Source: an uncultured virus (IMG/VR IMGVR_UViG_3300047444_000174)
Lineage: Duplodnaviria > Heunggongvirae > Uroviricota > Caudoviricetes
Virus record (IMG/VR): IMGVR_UViG_3300047444_000174
Length of the DNA: 20,000 bases
Reading direction: 5' to 3' (one strand)
In this document: positions 1 through 7,266 of the stretch, one piece after another
Layout of the letters: every line of letters begins with the position of its first letter
Position numbering within the stretch: the first letter of the stretch is position 1
The notes under the pieces: model-generated
What the model was told of the DNA's origin: nothing
The model's input: only the letters and a program-made list of their open reading frames with translations
The model's database searches: none
Translations under genes and position numbers: made by a program

Positions 1-78
1 CAGATGCTTGGCAAATACTCCAGGCTGATTGCAAACCTCTTTGAGCCGCGCCAGTTCTTTGTTGGTCCAGTACTTCAT
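1..78 (-). CDS. Hypothetical phage protein, 5' part only (MKYWTNKELARLKEVCNQPGVFAKHL...), runs off window
   Basis: ATG at 78 overlaps the upstream TGA (ATGA), GGAGG RBS upstream, open to window edge. Confidence 0.65.
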   Translation of the reverse strand, partial: MKYWTNKELARLKEVCNQPGVFAKHL

Positions 79-551
79 GCTGCCTCCCGATGCTTCCAGT
101 ACTCGCGCTCGACAATCTTCGTAGCGGCATCGACTTCGCCAATCGTCGCCATGCGGAGCTGTTGTCCCCACAGTGCGATCGCTTCTTCGACGGCTGCCTG
201 GTCAGTTTCCGAAGCGAATTGCAGCTTGCCGGTTGACTCGTAGCCGGGGATCATGCGGCGCATCGCTTCGTGTGCCGCGTTGAATGTGTCGAGCGCTTCG
301 GCCCCGAGCCCCCCCTTTGCGAAAAGCCACGCCTGATTCAAGCAGTTAGCGAGTGTGTCCCACTGGCTTTTCTGGCCGTAGCCGCGCGTCACAGCATCGA
401 GCGACGTCAGCGCCGCCATTTCGAATTCGCCCGCAAACACCTCATTGACGTCTTGGCGCAGCACCTTGAAACGCTCGAGCGCGATCATGCAGGAGTTCGG
501 GTTGACCATGCGCGGGCGGTAGGCCTTGCGCGGTTTTTGACTGCGGCTCAT
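75..551 (-). CDS. Hypothetical phage protein, 158 aa (MSRSQKPRKAYRPR...)
   Basis: ATG at 551 in ATGA overlap with GGAGG RBS; C-terminal part of track ORF 75..860. Confidence 0.8.
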   Translation of the reverse strand: MSRSQKPRKAYRPRMVNPNSCMIALERFKVLRQDVNEVFAGEFEMAALTSLDAVTRGYGQKSQWDTLANCLNQAWLFAKGGLGAEALDTFNAAHEAMRRMIPGYESTGKLQFASETDQAAVEEAIALWGQQLRMATIGEVDAATKIVEREYWKHREAA

Positions 552-860
552 GCGGCCTCCAGCATCGGTTGTTTGGTGAGACGTTGTCGGGCTGCCTCTT
601 GCATGCCGCGCAGCGTTTCCATTGCGCGAAAGATTGGGGGGGGTGCCGCCGTCTTCAGGGTTAGCCAGACGCCAGAGCGAATCAGAGCGGGATTTGCCCT
701 GCTCGGCCAGAACCACCTGGTATCGTCCAAGCATCAAAAGCAGGGTCTGGCCGATACTCGTGTCAGTGACGTCGAGTTCTCCGGCGATCTGCCAGCCGTA
801 AGCCCCGTTCGGACTTGCGCGAAGTATTTCGAGAACGAGTGGAATTTTTGGTGCAGTCAT
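548..860 (-). pseudogene. Small wHTH-like phage protein, apparently frameshifted at a C8 run (636-643)
   Basis: MTAPKIPLVLEILRASPNG...GGTPP in one frame; removing one C gives ...PPIFRAMETLRGMQEAARQRLTKQPMLEAA* ending in ATGA overlap with the next gene. Confidence 0.6.
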
Positions 861-864
861 CGAT

Positions 865-1149
865 TTAATCCCCCATCAAGATCGCGATAGCCTGTTCCGC
901 CGATTCCACGACGTGAGCCTCGCCTTTCCATGTTCCAAACCAGATCGCCTCGTCGTCAGTCAACCTCCGGGCGCTTGGTGGCTTGGTGCCGTCTTTCAAC
1001 TCGAACAGATAATTCTTTGCGCGCCAGCCAACGACCAGATCCACAAACCCATTTCCGATTTGGTGTGTCGGAGTGACGCTCGCTCCAATCTTGCGAAGCG
1101 CTGCCACGATTTCCGATTGGTTCGCATCGACTTTTGCAATCCGCCTCAC
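865..1149 (-). CDS. VRR-NUC / PD-(D/E)XK nuclease (Holliday-junction resolvase-like)
   Basis: KVDANQSEIVAALR...GFVDLVVG...FELKDG...LTDDE...W motif pattern; GTG start in GTGA overlap. Confidence 0.8.
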   Translation of the reverse strand: MRRIAKVDANQSEIVAALRKIGASVTPTHQIGNGFVDLVVGWRAKNYLFELKDGTKPPSARRLTDDEAIWFGTWKGEAHVVESAEQAIAILMGD

Positions 1150-1310
1150 TTGCGCTCCTTCCAAAACCCAGTTAGCCCGTCTTTTAATTGCCGCTCTGCC
1201 GCTTCTCCGAATACCTTGCGCATGTCGGCCAGATACTCACGGCGCTGCGGTAATGTCCATTCGGCGATTTCTTCGATTACCTCGCGTAGCCGCGCCGAGT
1301 CGTGAATCAT
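1146..1310 (-). CDS. Small hypothetical protein, 54 aa (MIHDSARLREVIEEIAEWTLPQRREYLADMRKVFGEAAERQLKDGLTGFWKERK); not in ORF track
   Basis: Exactly fills the gap, with ATGA overlap at the primase stop and GTGA overlap at the VRR-NUC start. Confidence 0.75.
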   Translation of the reverse strand: MIHDSARLREVIEEIAEWTLPQRREYLADMRKVFGEAAERQLKDGLTGFWKERK

Positions 1311-2203
1311 TCATCGGCCCAGTCCGTCCCGACCTTCTCCGGAATGAATATCTCTGTCGTGAGTCCGCTTAATGCGAGGCGATTCGCAAGCGCGAAGGCT
1401 GCGCTCTGGCCGGTATAGTTGGCGTCGTTATCGCCAAAGACGATCACGTGCTTGACGCCTTCCGGCACTTCCCAATCGCGCATACCACCAGCGGAGATTG
1501 CGGCCCACGTCGGCACGTCGAATCGCACGGACGCCCGCAGCGCGGTTTCGATCCCTTCGGCAATCCCAAGGCACTCGTACACTTCAGTCAGGCGTATGGC
1601 GCCGGTTTTGATCGTGCCGGCCATGACCTTCTTCGGCTCGCCGACCGGGGCCTTGCCGCCGTTCCCATCCAGCCAGGTGCGATGCATGGTCGATGCCTTG
1701 CCGTCCGGCATCGTCACCGTGGCGAGCATCGCCGGGAATGAATGCGTTGCGTCATAGCGAAGATTCGGGTGATATCGAATCGCGCTCGAGACAGTCTCGA
1801 TGCCGGTTCGGCGGTTCAGATAGGCCCACACCGGATCGCCCTGGGTTACTGGCTTGGATTCGGTCCAGGCCCGCTTCAATGCCGCGCGCTTCTGCTCATC
1901 GCTGAACTCCTGGCGAGGACCGTCCTGTTTCGAGACACCCAGGACGCGCTCAACTTCGCGGGCAGCCTGCACAAATGACCAACCGTTGAGTTTCTGGATC
2001 AGCGCAAAGCCATCGCCGGCACCATCGTTCGAGCAAAACCACGTACCGCGCCCGTCTTTGTTGTCAAACCTCCAGCGGTCTTTCCCGCCGCATAGCGGGC
2101 AAGGACCGTGCTTCTTCGACAGGAACTCAGGAGCGATGCCCAGCGACGTCAGAATCGATTCCCAACGTCCCACGCACAGGTCGCCGATCTTTTCACTACG
2201 CAT
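1307..2203 (-). CDS. Primase: P4-alpha-type Zn ribbon + TOPRIM domain
   Basis: HGPCPLCGGKDRWRFD Zn ribbon; GIAEGIETAL and FGDND TOPRIM motifs. Confidence 0.9.
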   Translation of the reverse strand: MRSEKIGDLCVGRWESILTSLGIAPEFLSKKHGPCPLCGGKDRWRFDNKDGRGTWFCSNDGAGDGFALIQKLNGWSFVQAAREVERVLGVSKQDGPRQEFSDEQKRAALKRAWTESKPVTQGDPVWAYLNRRTGIETVSSAIRYHPNLRYDATHSFPAMLATVTMPDGKASTMHRTWLDGNGGKAPVGEPKKVMAGTIKTGAIRLTEVYECLGIAEGIETALRASVRFDVPTWAAISAGGMRDWEVPEGVKHVIVFGDNDANYTGQSAAFALANRLALSGLTTEIFIPEKVGTDWADE

Positions 2204-3851
2204 GCTTCATCCCCTTGGCGAAAGCGATGTTGCGGGACTGGATGAATTTCTTCGTTTCGGCGGACGGCTCACAAGCGAGGTGCGTCATGCTGTTCGGCCA
2301 CACGCCGTAGCGGTCGCGGTAGACGTGTGCAACGCGACCGTCCGACCATCCCTTCATCGACTGGTAGCCGAGCAGTTCGGAATAGAACTGCTGCTTTTCG
2401 GCCATCGTCGCTTTGACCTTCTTCGCGCCACGCTCCTGCTTGACGAGCTCGCCGTCTGCAGCGTGGATCGTGTTTTGTTTTTCCGGTGCGAAGCCGCATT
2501 GCGGGCACTTGTGCGCCGTCTTCATGAACGAGCATTTCCCGCAAGCTGTCGGCAGCTTTTCTTCTTTCTTCTTCGACGTCGATTGCTTTTTCGGCTTGCC
2601 GTCGTCCAGCTCGAGCGGCAGATCGTCAGTCGGGAAGCCTAGGTGTTTCACGGTGCCAGAGTGGTCAAGAATCAGAGCCCGCGTCTTGCCTTCAGACGGG
2701 CGCAATACGCGGCCCGCCATCTGCACGTAGCGGATCAGGCTTTTCGTCGGGCGGGCCAGAATCAGGGTTCGGCAGAAGGGCGCATCCCAGCCTTCGGCGA
2801 GCAGCGAAGCGTTGCTGATGATGGTCGTTTGACCGCTCTCAAAGCGTTTCAGGGCATCGCGGCGGGCGTCCGTGTCGTCGTAGCAATCGATGTGCTCCGC
2901 ACTTACGCCGGCAGCAAGGAACTGCTCGACGATGTGCTTGCTGTGGGCGATGTTGGATGCGAAGACGACCGTAGGCGTACCCTTCGCGAGGCGCATCCAG
3001 TGCGAGACGATATCGCCGATCAGTTCTGGCTTGTCGGTCGCGTTGCCGACGTCCATGTCCGAAAAGTCGAGTTCGCCGAACTTGTTGCGAACCTGCTTGA
3101 TGCCGGTCATGTCCGGTTCGGACGGCGCGTAGATATCGCAGTCGACCAGGAATCCTTCGTCGATCAGTTCGCGGATGCTCGACGCGACGACCATGCGTTC
3201 GAACAGCGGGCCGCCGAGCTTGTCGTAGACCTTGCCCAGACCTTTGGCGAAGGGCGACGCAGACAGGCCGATGACGGGCTTCCCGGCGAACGTTTCGATG
3301 ATGCCGCGGTATTCCTTCGAACCGGCGACACCGTGCGCCTCGTCGATGATGATGAAATCGACGTCGGGGATGCCGCGCTTCGCGATGGTCTGGATCGAGC
3401 AAACCAGCACGTGTTCATACTCGCGGCGGCTGTTTTGCCCCTGAATCACACCGTGCGAGATGCCGTACTTGTTGAAGGTGCGTGATGCTTGCTCGACGAG
3501 CTGGATGCGGTTAGCGAGGAACGCAACGCGCTTGCCCTTGAGCCGCGCACCCTTGACCAAGCCAACGGACAAGGCGGTCTTGCCGCAGCCGGTCGGGCCG
3601 TAGAGCATCTGGCGCAGGTAACCCTCTCCCAAGCCAAGGCGCAGGGCTTGAATCGCAGCGGCCTGATACGGGCGCAGTTCGAGTTCGGCCGCCGCTACAG
3701 TGGTAGTAGTAAGGTTAGTAGTTACTCCTTGGCTAGGTGTAGTTAATCCATTCCCTTCCCTTCCATTCCCTTCCGTCCATGAAGACTCAAAGATTGCTCC
3801 GTGAGTATCGTAGGAGTACTCATTGACCGCGTGATTAAAAAGAGCATTCAT
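2196..3851 (-). CDS. SF2 DEAD/DEAH-box helicase (RadD/YejH-like) with C-terminal Zn finger; start uncertain, may be fused to upstream Rep
   Basis: LRPYQ, GPTGCGKT (Walker A), IIIDEAH, SAS, QMAGRVLR, CGKC...CPQC. Confidence 0.92.
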   Translation of the reverse strand: MNALFNHAVNEYSYDTHGAIFESSWTEGNGREGNGLTTPSQGVTTNLTTTTVAAAELELRPYQAAAIQALRLGLGEGYLRQMLYGPTGCGKTALSVGLVKGARLKGKRVAFLANRIQLVEQASRTFNKYGISHGVIQGQNSRREYEHVLVCSIQTIAKRGIPDVDFIIIDEAHGVAGSKEYRGIIETFAGKPVIGLSASPFAKGLGKVYDKLGGPLFERMVVASSIRELIDEGFLVDCDIYAPSEPDMTGIKQVRNKFGELDFSDMDVGNATDKPELIGDIVSHWMRLAKGTPTVVFASNIAHSKHIVEQFLAAGVSAEHIDCYDDTDARRDALKRFESGQTTIISNASLLAEGWDAPFCRTLILARPTKSLIRYVQMAGRVLRPSEGKTRALILDHSGTVKHLGFPTDDLPLELDDGKPKKQSTSKKKEEKLPTACGKCSFMKTAHKCPQCGFAPEKQNTIHAADGELVKQERGAKKVKATMAEKQQFYSELLGYQSMKGWSDGRVAHVYRDRYGVWPNSMTHLACEPSAETKKFIQSRNIAFAKGMKHA

Positions 3852-3985
3852 TTCACTGAAATTCCGGTGTGGGGATCGCCGACTTAGAGGGGCGATTGAT
3901 GACTTGATGTTTCTTGAATCCGTGAATATGGAGAAAAATCTCTCCATCACTCACTGAGTACTCACTGAGCAATCCGTGAGTTAGC
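3748..3985. repeat. Putative replication origin: iteron-like repeats and purine-rich tract at the Rep/helicase junction
   Basis: CTCACTGAG-TA-CTCACTGAG (3950-3969), TCCGTGAG at 3798 and 3973, GAGTACTCA at 3814 and 3956, TCCATTCCCTTCC repeated within 3747-3773. Confidence 0.5.
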
Positions 3986-4185
3986 AACTCTTGAATGAGC
4001 TTGTCGCAGTCGAGCGAATCTGCCGGAAAAATCTGCATCTTCAGCTTCTTTGCCGAGCGCTGAAGATTGCCGTTGTCGTCTGCGAAATTCCAGCAACCGA
4101 TGAACAGCAAGCGCGCCCCGAACGACAACTCGACGATCTTCTCGTCAGTCCAAAAGTCCGGCTTGATCGTGCGGATGCGAGCCAC
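3853..4185 (-). CDS. Phage replication initiator N-terminal (wHTH) domain, 110 aa
   Basis: MARIRTIKPDFWTDEKI...ARLLFIGCWNFADDNG...FKKHQVINRPS, a typical N-terminus of lambdoid Rep/replisome organisers. Confidence 0.8.
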   Translation of the reverse strand: MARIRTIKPDFWTDEKIVELSFGARLLFIGCWNFADDNGNLQRSAKKLKMQIFPADSLDCDKLIQELLTHGLLSEYSVSDGEIFLHIHGFKKHQVINRPSKSAIPTPEFQ

Positions 4186-4188
4186 TAA

Positions 4189-4374
4189 CTACCCCTTCAA
4201 TTTGCCAACACAAGCCGTAGCCGTCACATCGCGCAGATACGCCGCGATCTCGGCCTTGAGTTCCTTGCCCAACTGCATCCGCACCTCGATCGCCGATGCG
4301 ACGGTGATGCGGGCTATGAGTTCGTTGATGGCGAACAACGACAGATCAAGCGCTCGAGAATCGGATGCGTTCAT
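4189..4374 (-). CDS. Hypothetical protein, 61 aa (MNASDSRALDLSLF...)
   Basis: ATGA-coupled start; stop 3 nt before rep GTG. Confidence 0.6.
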   Translation of the reverse strand: MNASDSRALDLSLFAINELIARITVASAIEVRMQLGKELKAEIAAYLRDVTATACVGKLKG

Positions 4375-4460
4375 TGCGTTCTCACGATCAGTTCGCAGGA
4401 GGCCCATACGATCAGACAGCACAGGCAGAAAAGGGACGTAAAGAAGATCAGAGCTCGCAT
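4371..4460 (-). CDS. 29-aa hydrophobic Cys-rich peptide (MRALIFFTSLFCLCCLIVWASCELIVRTQ); not in ORF track
   Basis: TAATG overlap with the cII-like stop and ATGA overlap with the next gene; one TM-like segment. Confidence 0.6.
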   Translation of the reverse strand: MRALIFFTSLFCLCCLIVWASCELIVRTQ

Positions 4461-4813
4461 TAAGCCGCCCTCGCTGCCGCAAGTTGTTCCTCGAGTTGCC
4501 GGATCTTGGCGTCTTTCGACTCCACCAGATCACAGCCCGCATTCATTGCCTCGTACTGGACCGGAGCGCGGTTCCCGCACAGCCGCATGAGCGCCAGCCG
4601 CTTGTGAGTCGGGAACCCCGCCTGGCCCTGCATCATGCGAGAGAAATGCCCTTTGTCGATTGACAGTTCCTTGCTGATGTACTCGTGCGTGAATCGACTC
4701 AGTTGAATGCACAACCGGATCGCATCCAGCTCGTCGTCGCACATGTTCAAAAGCTCGACCGGAACGTTCTGAAGCTTCTTAGGCTCACCATGAACTGCCA
4801 ATTCGCGTTGCAT
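4460..4813 (-). CDS. CII-like HTH transcriptional regulator
   Basis: Directly downstream of cro; HTH-like THEYISKELSIDKGHFSRMMQG; C-terminal coiled segment; AAGGG RBS. Confidence 0.7.
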   Translation of the reverse strand: MQRELAVHGEPKKLQNVPVELLNMCDDELDAIRLCIQLSRFTHEYISKELSIDKGHFSRMMQGQAGFPTHKRLALMRLCGNRAPVQYEAMNAGCDLVESKDAKIRQLEEQLAAARAA

Positions 4814-4862
4814 TTGATTTCCCTTGTTGAGGGTTGACTGGAGTTGACGGTCCCTGATAAAC

Positions 4863-4893
4863 AAAAATGGAGTCATATCAACGCACTCCATTT
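4863..4893 (-). terminator. tR1-like hairpin between cro and the cII-like gene
   Basis: AAATGGAGT...ACTCCATTT followed by TTGTTT on the minus strand. Confidence 0.55.
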
Positions 4894-4940
4894 CTTGAAC
4901 CGGCCCAACTTATGAACAACCCCCAACTGCTTGGTTATGT

Positions 4941-4956
4941 GTTGTTGTTAAACTGC
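4941..4956 (-). promoter_or_regulatory. boxA-like (nutR-like) element
   Basis: GCAGTTTAACAAC right after the cro stop; shares TTTAACAAC with the PL-side element at 7694-7706. Confidence 0.4.
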
Positions 4957-5292
4957 TTAGTCGCGCCGCTTTGCTTCCTTGGTTTTCCGACTCGACGCCC
5001 CGCCCGGATTGTTTTGGGCGTCGTCGCTGGCCTTGACTCGCTCTACAATGTCGCTATCGGCGATCGACTGCGCCGAGCTGCGGATGTAGGCCCAATCGAC
5101 ATCGGGGCGCAGGTCTTCGACACGAACCGCACCCGCAGAAGCCTTCTCGATCTCAATGGCCAAAGACTCAGCACACCGACGTTGCTTGTAGGCGATCTGC
5201 CAGAGATATGCGACGGAGGTTCCGACCTTAGTGGCGAACGCATCGCGCTCGACCTTGGCCAGTCCTTTGAAGTAGGTGTGAAAGGTATCCAT
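4957..5292 (-). CDS. cro: Cro/YdaS-like repressor
   Basis: ERDAFATKVGTSVAYLWQIAYKQRR HTH and IEKAS...EDLRPDVDWAYIR motif; divergent from cI. Confidence 0.88.
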   Translation of the reverse strand: MDTFHTYFKGLAKVERDAFATKVGTSVAYLWQIAYKQRRCAESLAIEIEKASAGAVRVEDLRPDVDWAYIRSSAQSIADSDIVERVKASDDAQNNPGGASSRKTKEAKRRD

Positions 5293-5299
5293 GGGTTTA

Positions 5300-5328
5300 A
5301 CGATAGCATTTGCTCTCGCAAAGCGCAA
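5300..5328 (-). promoter_or_regulatory. PR promoter (-35 TTGCGC, 17 bp, -10 TATCGT)
   Basis: Sigma70-like boxes with 17-bp spacer, closely similar to PL; -10 ends 7 nt before the cro ATG. Confidence 0.7.
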
Positions 5329-5376
5329 GCACTTGCTCGCAAAACAATAGGATTTGCTATCACAGCAAATGCTAGT
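5302..5376. promoter_or_regulatory. OR operators (consensus GATAGCAnnTGCTATC)
   Basis: GATAGCATTTGCTCTC 5302-5317, GCAAGCACTTGCTCGC 5325-5340, AATAGGATTTGCTATC 5346-5361, CACAGCAAATGCTAGT 5361-5376. Confidence 0.75.
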
Positions 5377-5395
5377 TTTCGGGTTTAATTTGGCC

Positions 5396-6193
5396 ATGGA
5401 TATCCACGCACATCGCCGGAACAGGCTCCAAGAGCTTGTCGACAAAGAGGCAGACGGAACGGCCGCAGAATTTGCACGGAAACATAATCTGGACGCAACG
5501 CGGATCAGGCAGCTCTTAAGCGCTACCTATCGCAACGGAAGAGGCTTTGGAGAGGGGGCAGCAAGAAATCTCGAGACGGCACTCGGGCTTGACCACCCTT
5601 ACTTCGACTTGGGGCTTGAGAGCGCTATTGCCTCTCAGCATATTTCCAATATTTCCGATGCATCAATCAGCGCACTAAACACGGGCAACATTGGTCAATC
5701 AAAAAGCGCAGTCGCCGTTAGTCTGGATGAAGGAGACCTACCCAATCCAACATCCGATGAGTTCGCTTTCGTGCCCCAATTAGATATCGCCGCGGCCTGC
5801 GGCAACGGCCGGTTTGAAGACCATGTGGTAGTCAAGGGTGGAATGGCGTTCAAGCGCTCGAAGCTGCGCGAACTGGGCGTTCCAGAAAACGCCGCGAGAC
5901 TTATTGTCGCCGCCGGCGGGAGCATGTGGCCAAAGATTCAGGACGGACGTGACGTCCTCATAAATACCGCAGATATCGAGCCCGAGGATGGCAAGGTCTA
6001 CGCTATATGTATGCCGCATGATGGGCTCGTATTGAAGCGCCTTGTATGGGAATATCACCCGCAGGTCGGCGCGGAAGTTTGGGTCATCAAGAGCGACAAT
6101 CCGGACAAGACCACCTTCCCCGACAAGATTCTGCCGCCCGACGATCGGACGCGCATCGCTGGACGTGCGGTTTGGACGGACAGCGTGCTTTAG
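5396..6193 (+). CDS. cI: CI-like repressor with S24 autopeptidase domain
   Basis: N-terminal HTH (RRNRLQEL...GEGAARNLETALGL), AACG cleavage-site region, catalytic GGSMWP (Ser) and LKRL (Lys). Confidence 0.93.
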   Translation: MDIHAHRRNRLQELVDKEADGTAAEFARKHNLDATRIRQLLSATYRNGRGFGEGAARNLETALGLDHPYFDLGLESAIASQHISNISDASISALNTGNIGQSKSAVAVSLDEGDLPNPTSDEFAFVPQLDIAAACGNGRFEDHVVVKGGMAFKRSKLRELGVPENAARLIVAAGGSMWPKIQDGRDVLINTADIEPEDGKVYAICMPHDGLVLKRLVWEYHPQVGAEVWVIKSDNPDKTTFPDKILPPDDRTRIAGRAVWTDSVL

Positions 6194-6250
6194 TCCATTT
6201 TTGGACGCTAGGCTATGGCAGGCCTCTATAGAAAATGCAGAACTCACGCG

Positions 6251-6256
6251 TATAAT
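6251..6256 (+). promoter_or_regulatory. Perfect -10 box (TATAAT) upstream of the two-gene accessory module
   Basis: TATAAT 40 nt before ATG 6297; GGAG RBS; no clear -35. Confidence 0.5.
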
Positions 6257-6296
6257 GAGTGTCGTACCAACCATCAACCACCAACCGGAGAAAGCA

Positions 6297-6515
6297 ATGA
6301 AGGAACTGCTGGACGTCTTGGCTGGCGTTGGTTCCGCTCTGAACGCATTCGGCTCTGTGCCGCAGTATGACGTTCCCCGCAGGGGCGATCAGGCGCGCGA
6401 TTTCGCCTTGATCGGAGGGGATATTCGTCGCGCTACAGATCGAGTCGAAAAAACAGCACACAAAGCACTGACAGAGCGCAATGGGACGACAAACAACCGC
6501 ACAGGTGAAAGGTAA
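6297..6515 (+). CDS. Small hypothetical protein, 72 aa, upstream partner of the DUF2335-like gene
   Basis: GGAG RBS; DQARDFALIGGDIRRA segment; overlaps the downstream gene by 35 nt. Confidence 0.65.
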   Translation: MKELLDVLAGVGSALNAFGSVPQYDVPRRGDQARDFALIGGDIRRATDRVEKTAHKALTERNGTTNNRTGER

Positions 6516-6882
6516 GGATCACAGCCTGACCGTTTCTCATCATGAAACGGATGCGCCGCTCTTGCCGATGGTGCAGATCGAGCGCCTCAAAGAGATCCTT
6601 CCCGATAAAGTAGATTGGGTTTTTGAGCAGGCCAAGGCAGAGGGTGATTTCCGCCGCAGTGAAACGAGCCGCGTGAACTGGTTCAAGTTCATTGATCGTA
6701 TGGCCGGCATCGTGTCCGGGTTTTTAATTGGGGTCATCGGATTAGGCGTCGCCGCCTATCTGTCAATGCATGGCCATGACACCGTGGCCGGCATAATCGG
6801 CGGAACAACCGTCGTGGGCTTAGTGTCCGTGTTTGTGATTGGCCAGATTAAAGCCCCATCTCAACGCCAGAACAATAAGTAA
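6481..6882 (+). CDS. DUF2335-like membrane protein (2 TM)
   Basis: PLLPMVQIERLKEILPDKVDWVFEQAKAEGDFRR followed by two hydrophobic Gly-rich helices. Confidence 0.75.
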   Translation: MGRQTTAQVKGKDHSLTVSHHETDAPLLPMVQIERLKEILPDKVDWVFEQAKAEGDFRRSETSRVNWFKFIDRMAGIVSGFLIGVIGLGVAAYLSMHGHDTVAGIIGGTTVVGLVSVFVIGQIKAPSQRQNNK

Positions 6883-6885
6883 TCG

Positions 6886-6909
6886 AAGCCCAGCCCCGCT
6901 GGGCTTTTT
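6886..6909 (+). terminator. Intrinsic terminator between convergent genes
   Basis: AAGCCCAGC-CCC-GCTGGGCTT-TTT. Confidence 0.75.
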
Positions 6910-7109
6910 CATTTCCGCCTCTGCGCGAACCCCTCCCTCCACAACGTAGCGCCGACTGACGTCAATAGCGCCAGGTCGTCTCCCTCGAACCTCTCCCAGT
7001 TCTCTGCCAGCCAGCCCGCGAAGCCTGCGCACGCCTCATCAAGCGGCACGTCAGCTCGGCCTTCGATGTTCAGCCGCTCGAAGATGGTGATTACGTCTGC
7101 TGGCGTCAT
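6909..7109 (-). CDS. Small acidic hypothetical protein, 66 aa
   Basis: AGGAG RBS, TAGACT -10-like box upstream; ends at the terminator. Confidence 0.7.
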   Translation of the reverse strand: MTPADVITIFERLNIEGRADVPLDEACAGFAGWLAENWERFEGDDLALLTSVGATLWREGFAQRRK

Positions 7110-7151
7110 ATCTAGCTCCTATCCAACTCCCAGTCTAGCCCCGTAGGCAGC

Positions 7152-7215
7152 GATAAAAAAATTTATCAACAAGCGATAGCTTTTGCTTGCGTTAAACGAG
7201 AGCGTTTGCTATTGT
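7152..7215 (+). promoter_or_regulatory. OL operators and PL promoter (-35 TTGCGT 7187-7192, -10 TATTGT 7210-7215)
   Basis: GATAGCTTTTGCTTGC 7175-7190 and GAGAGCGTTTGCTATT 7198-7213 match the OR consensus; weak GATAAAAAAATTTATC 7152-7167; 23-bp period as for OR1/OR2. Confidence 0.75.
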
Positions 7216-7266
7216 TCATCCATCGAAGCAAGCAACACCGCACCAACCACTAACCGGAGAGCGAGC

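Noticed and set aside
75..860. Single 261-aa ORF from the track
   Set aside because: Internal RBS plus ATGA junction at 548-551 and the C8 run indicate two genes
1854..3485. Plus-strand ORFs 1854-2642 and 2643-3485
   Set aside because: Antisense shadows of primase and helicase; no motifs or RBS
2196..3950. Helicase start at 3950 (584 aa)
   Set aside because: The first ~33 codons overlap the Rep ORF in another frame and lack an RBS
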